Shown here in pieces: positions 17,217 to 23,727 of a stretch of DNA of 24,000 nt. Every line of letters starts with the position of its first letter. Within the stretch, counting starts at the first letter, position 1. Made by a program: the position numbers and the translations under genes. Origin of the DNA: Comamonadaceae bacterium (GTDB lineage: Bacteria > Pseudomonadota > Gammaproteobacteria > Burkholderiales > Burkholderiaceae_C); assembly GCA_027485235.1 (NCBI GenBank), contig JAIXRJ010000018.1:11389-35388 (forward strand), in the 5' to 3' direction. Below the pieces are notes generated by a model. The model searched no databases and was not told the origin of the DNA. It was given only the letters and a program-made list of their open reading frames with translations.

Positions 17217-18050
17217 ATGTCTGGTTTGAAATTGCCCATCAGCCTGGAATTTTTTCCACCTAAAACGCCCGAAGGCGCTGAGAAACTGCGTGGTGTGCGC
17301 GAAAAACTTTACGCCTTGAAACCCGAGTTTTGTTCGGTCACCTACGGCGCTGGTGGCTCGACGCAAGAGGGGACGTTTGCCACCGTGGGCGCGATCCAGG
17401 CCGAAGGCGTGCCAGCGGCCTCGCACTTTTCGTGCATTGGCGCGACCAAAGCCTCGGTGCGCGCCGAGTTGGCCACGCTCAAAGCCATGGGCGTCAAGCG
17501 GCTGGTGGCTTTGCGGGGCGATTTGCCCAGCGGCTACGGCGCAGGCGGCGAATTCCACTACGCCAGTGATTTGGTGGCTTTCATTCGGGCAGAGACGGGT
17601 GACGACTTCCACATCGAAGTGGCCGCTTATCCCGAGATCCATCCTCAGGCCAAATCGCCGGAGGCTGATTTGCAGGCCTTTGCCACCAAGGTGAGGGCGG
17701 GCGCCAACTCGGCCATCACGCAATACTTTTACAACAGCGACGCGTATTTCCGCTTTGTGGACGACGCCTACAAGCTGGGTGTGGATGTGCCGGTGGTGCC
17801 GGGCATCATGCCCATCACCAGCTCTTCACAGCTGCTGCGTTTTTCGGACGCCTGTGGTGCCGAAATCCCGCGCTGGATCCGGCTTCGCCTGCAAGGCTAT
17901 GGCGACGATGCGGACTCGATCAAAGCTTTTGGTCTCGATGTGGTGTCTGACCTGTGCGAACAACTGATCAACGGCGGTGTGCCGGCCATCCACTTTTACA
18001 CCATGAACCAGAGCGCGGCGACTTCGGAAATCGCCGAGCGTTTGCGCTAA
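17217..18050 (+). CDS. metF: 5,10-methylenetetrahydrofolate reductase
   Basis: ISLEFFPPKTPEGAEKL...CSVTYGAGGSTQEGT...VALRGD...IEVAAYPEIHPQA...ITQYFYN...VPVVPGIMPI...IHFYTMNQ are MetF signatures. The start is placed at the ATG at 17217, after a GGAAGGTG SD-like element. Confidence 0.93.
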   Translation: MSGLKLPISLEFFPPKTPEGAEKLRGVREKLYALKPEFCSVTYGAGGSTQEGTFATVGAIQAEGVPAASHFSCIGATKASVRAELATLKAMGVKRLVALRGDLPSGYGAGGEFHYASDLVAFIRAETGDDFHIEVAAYPEIHPQAKSPEADLQAFATKVRAGANSAITQYFYNSDAYFRFVDDAYKLGVDVPVVPGIMPITSSSQLLRFSDACGAEIPRWIRLRLQGYGDDADSIKAFGLDVVSDLCEQLINGGVPAIHFYTMNQSAATSEIAERLR

Positions 18051-18271
18051 CGCAAGCTGCTTGCCCCAAAGGCGGTGTTCCGACAGTGGCATTGACAAAC
18101 GGGGTGTTGAAGGGTCTTTTTTTGAGTGAAGCCGCCACAGCGGCTACATGCTGTTGTAAGTACAGCATCCCTTGCGCGATGCCCGCAAATTGCCCGCATT
18201 CCCCTCGCGCGCTGGGCGCAAGGCCTACAAATCCATCCCCAAGGGTGAAATGAGCTCGGTCTCCCTGGTCT

Positions 18272-19402
18272 TCAGCGTTCGTCGAAGCTGACCACCACAC
18301 GTTCGCTGGTGGGGCGCGCTTGGCAGGACAGGATGAAGCCTTGTTCGACTTCGGGTTTTTCGAGGGTGAAGTTTTTCTCCATCTCGGTCGTGCCCTCCAT
18401 CACCTTGCAGCGGCAGGTGCAGCACACGCCGGCTTTGCAGGAGTAAGGCAGGTCCAGGCCCAGCGACAAGGCGAGGTCCAGGATTTTTTCGTTGCGGCGC
18501 ATCGGCAATGTGTAAGGCTTGCCGTCCAGCACCACGGTGAGCTGCACCTCGCTCGCTGGCGTCTCAGCGCTGTTGGCCGGGGTCATGCGTTCATCGGCTT
18601 TGCCCAGCACCGCTTTGGCCCGTGCTTCGGGCGTCAGCGCGTCCAAGGTGGGAGAGCCAAAGCGTTCGCTGCGGATGCGATCGGCCTTGACACCGGCCGT
18701 CAACAGGGCTTGCTCGGTGGCTTCGATCATGGCTTCTGGCCCGCACACGAACACCTCGTCCATGCTGGCCACGGGCAAGAAAGCGTCGATGATGCCTTGC
18801 ACTTTGGCCGCATCGATGCGGCCTTCCAGCAGCGGCACTTCTTGCGCTTGGCGTGAGAGGACGTGGATCAGCGTCAGACGTGAGGGGTAGCGGTCTTTCA
18901 GGTCTTGCAATGCTTCGTTGAACATCACACTGTCCATGCGGCGGTTGCCGTACACCAAGGTGAATTTGCTGTCGGGCTGCTCCTCCAGCGTGCTCGACAA
19001 GATGGACAGGATGGGCGTGATGCCTGAGCCTGCGGCAAAGCCCACACGGTGGATGGCGCGGGGGCGCTGCACCACAAAGCGGCCATCGGGCGGCATCACA
19101 CGCAGGCTGTCGCCCGCTTTGAGTTGGCTGGCGGCCCAGTTGGAAAACACACCGCCTTGCACCGGCCGAATACCCACCTCAAGTTCGCCGTGGCCTTGCA
19201 ATTGGCTGCGGGCCGAGCTGATGGAGTAGCTGCGTCGCACATCGACGCCACCAATGTCGGCGCGCAGCGTCAAGAACTGGCCGGGCGCAAAGTCAAAGTT
19301 GCCCCGCAGGTCGGCGGGCACGCGCAGTGTGATCGCCACGGCACCGGCCGCTTCGGGGTTGATGCGGGCTATTTGGAGGTCATGGAATCGGGAGGCGGAC
19401 AT
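18272..19402 (-). CDS. paaE: Phenylacetyl-CoA 1,2-epoxidase reductase subunit PaaE (FNR-like domain + plant-type 2Fe-2S ferredoxin domain)
   Basis: From the ATG at 19402: MSASRFHDLQIARINPEAAGAVAITLRVP...RRSYSISS (FAD-binding RxYS), GFAAGSGITP (NAD-binding), and C-terminal YSCKAGVCCTCRCKVMEG...ILSCQA (2Fe-2S Cys cluster). The longer track ORF to 19711 overlaps paaD and was rejected. Confidence 0.9.
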   Translation of the reverse strand: MSASRFHDLQIARINPEAAGAVAITLRVPADLRGNFDFAPGQFLTLRADIGGVDVRRSYSISSARSQLQGHGELEVGIRPVQGGVFSNWAASQLKAGDSLRVMPPDGRFVVQRPRAIHRVGFAAGSGITPILSILSSTLEEQPDSKFTLVYGNRRMDSVMFNEALQDLKDRYPSRLTLIHVLSRQAQEVPLLEGRIDAAKVQGIIDAFLPVASMDEVFVCGPEAMIEATEQALLTAGVKADRIRSERFGSPTLDALTPEARAKAVLGKADERMTPANSAETPASEVQLTVVLDGKPYTLPMRRNEKILDLALSLGLDLPYSCKAGVCCTCRCKVMEGTTEMEKNFTLEKPEVEQGFILSCQARPTSERVVVSFDER

Positions 19403-19431
19403 GGCGTGGCGCTGAGACGGCTTGCGTCGGC

Positions 19432-20010
19432 TCAGTAGGGTTTGAAGTAATCGAAGGGCTCCATGCAGGCCAGGCACCGGTAAAGGGCCTTGCAGGCGGT
19501 CGAGCCGAAATGGGAGGTTTCGGTGGTGTTGCCCGAGCCGCATTGCGGACAGTTCACCACCTCGGCTTTGGCGCTGCGGGATGCAAACTGCACCACGTTG
19601 GCCGAACCAGATTTTTCGCTGGCGCAGGCGTGCGGCGGGGCAATGCCATAGGCGCGCAGCTTGTCTTTGGCCGTGTCGGTCATCCAGTCGGTCGTCCAGG
19701 CGGGCGCCCACTGAGTGAGCACACGGCCTTGTAAGCCATGGGCCTGCAGCAGGGCTTTCACATCGTCCTCGATCTGGCCCATGGCGGGGCAGCCGCTGTA
19801 GGTGGGGGTGATGACCACTTCCAGGCCTTGCGGGCTTTCTCGCACCTCGCGCAAGATGCCCAGCTCGCGCAATGAAACCACTGGGATTTCCGGGTCACTC
19901 AGCTGCTCCAGCAGTGCCCAGACGCTTTGCTCTGTCGCCGTCATCGCAAGCCCAGCATGGCGATCGCGTGCCGGTTCTTCCGCGTGGGATGTGATGGGGG
20001 GTGTGGTCAT
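19432..20010 (-). CDS. paaD: Phenylacetyl-CoA 1,2-epoxidase subunit PaaD
   Basis: VWALLEQLSDPEIPVVSLRELGILREV...ITPTYSGCPA...APAWTTDWMT...LRAYGIAPP...CPQCGS...SHFGSTACKALYRCLACMEPFDYFK closely parallels E. coli PaaD. The start is ambiguous. It is either 20010 (coupled to the paaC stop) or the ATG at 19944 (MTATEQSVW), which fits the E. coli length better. Confidence 0.88.
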   Translation of the reverse strand: MTTPPITSHAEEPARDRHAGLAMTATEQSVWALLEQLSDPEIPVVSLRELGILREVRESPQGLEVVITPTYSGCPAMGQIEDDVKALLQAHGLQGRVLTQWAPAWTTDWMTDTAKDKLRAYGIAPPHACASEKSGSANVVQFASRSAKAEVVNCPQCGSGNTTETSHFGSTACKALYRCLACMEPFDYFKPY

Positions 20011-20025
20011 GGTGGCCCAGCGTTT

Positions 20026-20808
20026 TTACCAAGTGGCTTGCGGATGAGCGCGGGCCAAGCTTTGCATTTCGGCCAGCACAAAGCCCAGGTGTTCCGAGTG
20101 CAGGCCTTGTTTGCCCGTGGACACAAAGCCGCCAGCGGCTGGGCGCTTCAGGGTGGCTTCTTGCAGTGCGGCGTCCACAATCGCGTGCCAGGCGGTCTGC
20201 AAGGCGGCCATGTCGGTGCCAGTGCCGTTGGCCAAGGCCGCAGCCTCTGCAGGACTGGTGGTCCAAAACTCTTGCGTGTAGGGCATGAATTGGTCAAGCG
20301 CAGCTTGTGCCTTGGCGTGCGAGGCGTCGGTGCCGTCGCCCAAGCGCACCAGCCAGTCGCGCGAGTGGCGCAGGTGGTAGCGCACTTCCTTGAGCGACTT
20401 GGCAGCAATGGCGGCCAGCTGCGGGTCTTGCGAGCTTTGCAGTTGGTCCCAGACCAGCACCATCAGGCTGCTGTACAAGAAGTTGCGCGCCATGGTCATG
20501 GCGAAATCGCGATCGCCTTGGGCCGTGGCCGACATCAAAAGCATGTGCGGCAATTCGCACAAGGTGTAATTTTTGAACTCGGGCACATCGCGGAAATACG
20601 CCAAGGTGTCTTCGGTTGCGCCACCGCCTTGCAGAGTGGCCGCGTGTTGGTAAAGCATGCGGGCTTGGCCGATCAGGTCCAGGCTGTTGTTGGACAGCGC
20701 GATGTCTTCCTCCAGGATGGGGCCGTGGCCGCACCATTCGGCGTTGCGCTGACCGAGGATCAGGGCGTTGTCTGCGAGGTGCAAAAGATATTCGGTTGGA
20801 GCATTCAT
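20026..20808 (-). CDS. paaC: Phenylacetyl-CoA 1,2-epoxidase subunit PaaC
   Basis: MNAPTEYLLHLADNALILGQRNAEWCGHGPILEEDIALSNNSLDLIGQARMLY parallels E. coli PaaC (LRLGDN.L.L.QRL.EWCGH.P.LE.D.AL.N..LDL.GQAR). Confidence 0.9.
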   Translation of the reverse strand: MNAPTEYLLHLADNALILGQRNAEWCGHGPILEEDIALSNNSLDLIGQARMLYQHAATLQGGGATEDTLAYFRDVPEFKNYTLCELPHMLLMSATAQGDRDFAMTMARNFLYSSLMVLVWDQLQSSQDPQLAAIAAKSLKEVRYHLRHSRDWLVRLGDGTDASHAKAQAALDQFMPYTQEFWTTSPAEAAALANGTGTDMAALQTAWHAIVDAALQEATLKRPAAGGFVSTGKQGLHSEHLGFVLAEMQSLARAHPQATW

Positions 20809-20938
20809 GGGCGTAGCAAGGAGGTTTCAGGCAAGGCGCGGCGGCGAAGACAGTGCGAAGAAGGTGATTCAGGCGCAGCGCATGGCGAGCCGCCGCAACG
20901 CTGCATGAAGCCTTCGCTTGACCGTTCACATGAAGCGT

Positions 20939-21259
20939 TCACATGTGGCCGACTTCGTCGGGGATTTGGTAGAAGGTGGGGTGGCGGTACACCTTGTCGC
21001 TGGCCGGGTCGAAGAACTCGGGCTTGTCATTGGGCTCGCTGGCCGAGATGCTGGCCGAGGGTACGACCCAGATGCTCACGCCCTCTTGACGGCGGGTGTA
21101 CACGTCACGCGCCATTTGCAAGGCGTGCTCAGAATCCGACGCGTGCAGGCTGCCGCAGTGCTTGTGCTCCAAGCCTTGTTTGGAGCGCACAAACACTTCC
21201 CACAAGGGCCATTCTTTCAGTGCGGCAGTGTTGGCTGACGTGTTGGCAGCGGTGCTCAT
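20939..21259 (-). CDS. paaB: Phenylacetyl-CoA 1,2-epoxidase subunit PaaB
   Basis: These are the last 106 codons of track ORF 20939..22132: [42 protein letters not shown]...[16 protein letters not shown]...[26 protein letters not shown], nearly colinear with E. coli PaaB. The SD AAGGAGG is upstream. The ATG overlaps the paaA stop (ATGA). Confidence 0.92.
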   Translation of the reverse strand: MSTAANTSANTAALKEWPLWEVFVRSKQGLEHKHCGSLHASDSEHALQMARDVYTRRQEGVSIWVVPSASISASEPNDKPEFFDPASDKVYRHPTFYQIPDEVGHM

Positions 21260-22284
21260 GCGGCCTCCTTCATTTGGCGGGTTTGCTGTTTGTGGGCGTG
21301 GGCCAGCGCGGCTTCGCGCACCCAAGCCCCGTCGTTCCATGCCTTGACCCGGGCGCCCAAGCGCTCCTTGTTGCAAGGGCCATTGCCGTTGACGGTGGCC
21401 CAGAACTCGTCCCAGTCGATCTGGCCGTAGTCGTGGGCTTGACGGGCTTCGTTCCACTTCAAATCGGGGTCGGGCAAGGTCACGCCCAGCACTTTGGCTT
21501 GGGGCACGGTGGCGTCCACAAACTTTTGGCGCAGGTCGTCGTTGCTGATGCGTTTGATGCCAAAGCGTTTGCCTTGCGCGCTGTTGGGGCTGTCGGCATC
21601 GGGCGGCCCGAACATGGCCAAGCACTTCCACCACCAGCGGTTGACGGCGTCTTGCACCATGGCTTGTTGCTCGGCCGTGCCTTGCATCATCACCAGCAAG
21701 GCCTCGTAGCCCTGGCGCTGGTGGAAGGATTCTTCTTTGCACACGCGCACCATGGCGCGGGCATAGGGGCCATAAGAGCAGCGGCACAAGGGCACCTGGT
21801 TCATGATGGCCGCGCCATCGACCAACCAGCCGACCACGCCCACATCGGCCCAGTTGAGCGTGGGGTAGTTGAAGATGGAGCTGTACTTGGCCTTGCCGGT
21901 GTGCAGGGCGTCCAACATCTGGTCGCGGCTGGTGCCCAAGGTTTCGGCCGCGCTGTACAGGTACAGGCCGTGGCCGGCTTCGTCTTGCACTTTGGCGATC
22001 AAAATCGTTTTGCGCTTGAGGCTGGGGGCGCGGCTGATCCAATTGGCTTCGGGCAGCATACCGACGATTTCGCTGTGGGCGTGCTGGCTGATCTGGCGCA
22101 CCAGGGTTTTGCGGTAAGCCTCGGGCATCCACTCGCGGGGCTCAATGCGGCCGTCGGCGTCGATGCGGGCGTCAAATTGGGCTTGCCGGGCTTGTTCAGG
22201 GGCGTTGCTTGATTTGGGCAAGGCCTTGAGAATGGCGGGTTTCGCCTCTTCCTGGTCGGAAACGCTGAAAGATTGCGTGTACAT
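21256..22284 (-). CDS. paaA: Phenylacetyl-CoA 1,2-epoxidase catalytic subunit PaaA (di-iron)
   Basis: [12 protein letters not shown]...[14 protein letters not shown]...[12 protein letters not shown] carry the di-iron EExH-type ligand motifs of PaaA. The start is placed at the ATG at 22284, preceded by the SD AGGAG with a 6-nt spacer. The track start at 22302 is a TTG. Confidence 0.93.
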   Translation of the reverse strand: MYTQSFSVSDQEEAKPAILKALPKSSNAPEQARQAQFDARIDADGRIEPREWMPEAYRKTLVRQISQHAHSEIVGMLPEANWISRAPSLKRKTILIAKVQDEAGHGLYLYSAAETLGTSRDQMLDALHTGKAKYSSIFNYPTLNWADVGVVGWLVDGAAIMNQVPLCRCSYGPYARAMVRVCKEESFHQRQGYEALLVMMQGTAEQQAMVQDAVNRWWWKCLAMFGPPDADSPNSAQGKRFGIKRISNDDLRQKFVDATVPQAKVLGVTLPDPDLKWNEARQAHDYGQIDWDEFWATVNGNGPCNKERLGARVKAWNDGAWVREAALAHAHKQQTRQMKEAA

Positions 22285-22332
22285 GGGCTTCTCCTGCGCC
22301 AAACAGGATGGGATGATCGCGGCGCTGCTGAG

Positions 22333-22341
22333 AGTATAACA
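22333..22341 (-). promoter_or_regulatory. Candidate extended -10 promoter element for paaABCDE (TGTTATACT on the minus strand)
   Basis: The minus-strand reading TG-T-TATACT matches the TGnTATAAT extended -10 consensus, about 50 nt upstream of the paaA ATG. There is no good -35, as is common for extended -10 promoters. Confidence 0.4.
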
Positions 22342-22367
22342 ATTAACCGACCGATCGGTCGGTTAAT
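22342..22367. promoter_or_regulatory. 26-bp perfect palindrome ATTAACCGACCGA|TCGGTCGGTTAAT, candidate repressor operator of the paa operon
   Basis: The perfect dyad was verified base by base. It directly abuts the candidate extended -10, covering roughly -16 to -41. The palindrome itself is certain. The confidence value refers to its assignment as an operator. Confidence 0.5.
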
Positions 22368-22376
22368 CGAACCCAG

Positions 22377-22402
22377 GCGGCTCAGGAGTTTCCCTGAGCC
22401 GC
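22377..22402 (-). terminator. Stem-loop downstream of rlmJ (putative terminator or insulator before the paa promoter)
   Basis: GCGGCTCAGG-agtttc-CCTGAGCCGC is a 10-bp perfect stem 10 bp after the rlmJ stop. The downstream U-tract on the minus strand is weak (CUGGGUUCGAUU). Confidence 0.5.
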
Positions 22403-22411
22403 GTCAGATCC

Positions 22412-23302
22412 TCAAGACGATGACTCGACTTGCCAGCTTTTCCCCGTGCCACGGGCCAGTGCCGGGCCCACCACATCCAGCGCTTGGCGGATCTGATCTT
22501 TCAGCGTGAAGGGCGGGTTGATGACGAACATGCCACTGGCGACCAGACCGCCCTCGTCGCCAGGGCCGCGGCCAATGGCCAATGTGGCGTTGAGCCAGGG
22601 CTTTTGTGACTGGTTGGCCAGGGTGCGCAAGCGTTTGGGCAGGTCGTGCGCTTCAGGGCGCGGGATGATCGGGTACCAGACCAAGTAGGTGCCGGTTGAA
22701 AAGCGTTTCAGATACTCCTGAACCACATTGGCCACTTTGACATAGTCCGACTTGATCTCATAACTCGGGTCGATCAGCACCATGGCCCGCTTGGAGCCAG
22801 TGGCCGAGGGCGGGGGCGGCAGGATCTTTTTGAGCGCTTCAAAGCCGTCTTCGCGGCTCACGGTGATGGTGCGGCCGGCGTCGAGTTGCGCAATGTTCGA
22901 GGTCAGCGATTTGCTGTCGGTGGGGTGCAACTCAAACAAGCGCAGGCGGTCGCGCGAGACGTGGCGCATGAGTCTGTGCATCAAAAAAGGCGAACCGGGG
23001 TAAATTTGGGCTTGCCCGTTGGGGTTGAAGCTGGCGATCTGTTCCAGATAGTCTTGAACCGGCTCGGGCAGGGTATCGATCTTTTCGACAGCGGCCAAAA
23101 GCTTGAACAGGCCGTCTTCAGCCTCAGCCCCTTTTTGAGAATAATCACCGTCCAGGCGGTACAGACCGGCTCCGGCATGGGTGTCAATCAGGGTGATGCC
23201 GGCCTCTTTTTGCATGAGGTGGCGCATGGTGGCCAGCAAGGTGATGTGTTTGAGCACATCGGCATGGTTGCCAGCGTGAAAAGCGTGTCGGTAACTGAAC
23301 AT
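22412..23302 (-). CDS. rlmJ: 23S rRNA (adenine2030-N6)-methyltransferase
   Basis: MFSYRHAFHAGNHADVLKHITLLATMRHL...LIDTHAGAGLY...YPGSP...LFELHPTD...VLIDPSYE...YLVWYP... is the canonical RlmJ pattern. The start is trimmed to the ATG at 23302 (MFSYRH). Confidence 0.88.
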   Translation of the reverse strand: MFSYRHAFHAGNHADVLKHITLLATMRHLMQKEAGITLIDTHAGAGLYRLDGDYSQKGAEAEDGLFKLLAAVEKIDTLPEPVQDYLEQIASFNPNGQAQIYPGSPFLMHRLMRHVSRDRLRLFELHPTDSKSLTSNIAQLDAGRTITVSREDGFEALKKILPPPPSATGSKRAMVLIDPSYEIKSDYVKVANVVQEYLKRFSTGTYLVWYPIIPRPEAHDLPKRLRTLANQSQKPWLNATLAIGRGPGDEGGLVASGMFVINPPFTLKDQIRQALDVVGPALARGTGKSWQVESSS

Positions 23303-23346
23303 CCCTTGATGGTAACCATTAACGCCAGCAAGCCCTTGATTTTTCG

Positions 23347-23352
23347 TATAAT
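23347..23352 (+). promoter_or_regulatory. Candidate -10 hexamer (TATAAT) for rplM
   Basis: Perfect TATAAT in the rlmJ/rplM divergent region, about 150 nt upstream of the rplM ATG. The local context TTCGTATAAT is shared with the ahcY promoter candidate. No clear -35. Confidence 0.35.
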
Positions 23353-23499
23353 AGAAGGCTTCGCAGCGAATCAGTGGTCCCGCGGCGAAGATGCCGACAG
23401 TCGCAAACTTGAGGCAAATTCCCACCTAAGAGGCTCCCAAAAGAGGAGCACCGACCGTGGAAAAGGACCCGCCAAACCTTTCTTTTGAAGAGAAAACTC

Positions 23500-23670
23500 A
23501 TGACTACAACGTTCAGCGCAAAACCCGCTGAGGTCGTGCACGAGTGGTTTGTGATTGACGCGACCGACAAGGTCCTCGGACGAGTAGCCAGCGAAGTTGC
23601 TCTCCGTTTACGCGGCAAACACAAGGCCATTTACACGCCTCACGTCGATACTGGCGACTACATTGTCGTT
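23500..23670 (+). CDS. rplM: 50S ribosomal protein L13, N-terminal 57 codons only (homology ends abruptly)
   Basis: [57 protein letters not shown] aligns with bacterial L13 (E. coli [56 protein letters not shown]). The expected continuation (..N..K..VTG.K...K.YY.H(S/T)G) is absent after 23670. It is not in the ORF track because there is no in-window stop. Confidence 0.85.
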
Positions 23671-23727
23671 GTATTGTTTAGCCACTTTCTTTGTTTGACT
23701 GTGCACAGCCGGACCATCGTACCACAG

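Noticed and set aside
14853-17723. 956-aa ORF on the minus strand spanning ahcY, tlyA and metF. Similar cases: 6619..8898 (-, 759 aa), 19927..22212 (+, 761 aa), 2985..4487 (+, 500 aa), 12981..14435 (+, 484 aa), 11765..12652 (-), 5703..6656 (+), 4580..5689 (+) and 2..1246 (+).
   Set aside because: Each lies antisense to a gene with unmistakable family signatures. They cross gene boundaries and even terminators. Their translations are Arg/Gly/His/Ala-rich low-complexity strings with no recognisable motifs. These are the stop-codon-poor shadow frames expected in high-GC DNA.
18111-18123. The T7 run after metF as a Rho-independent terminator.
   Set aside because: I could not identify a stable GC-rich stem immediately upstream of the T-run, so I do not call it as a feature.
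19403-19711. Upstream extension of the paaE ORF (track ORF 18272..19711).
   Set aside because: It overlaps the 3' half of paaD in another frame. PaaE homology begins at MSASRFHDLQI (ATG at 19402).
20818-20824. A strong SD-like AAGGAGG on the plus strand in the paaB-paaC spacer, hinting at a hidden plus-strand small ORF.
   Set aside because: No ATG, GTG or TTG lies at a workable spacing downstream, and no meaningful ORF follows.
21260-22132. The N-terminal ~290 residues of track ORF 20939..22132 (397 aa).
   Set aside because: This part is an out-of-frame overlap with paaA and is Arg/Pro-rich junk. Only the last 106 codons, which have their own SD and ATG, correspond to PaaB.
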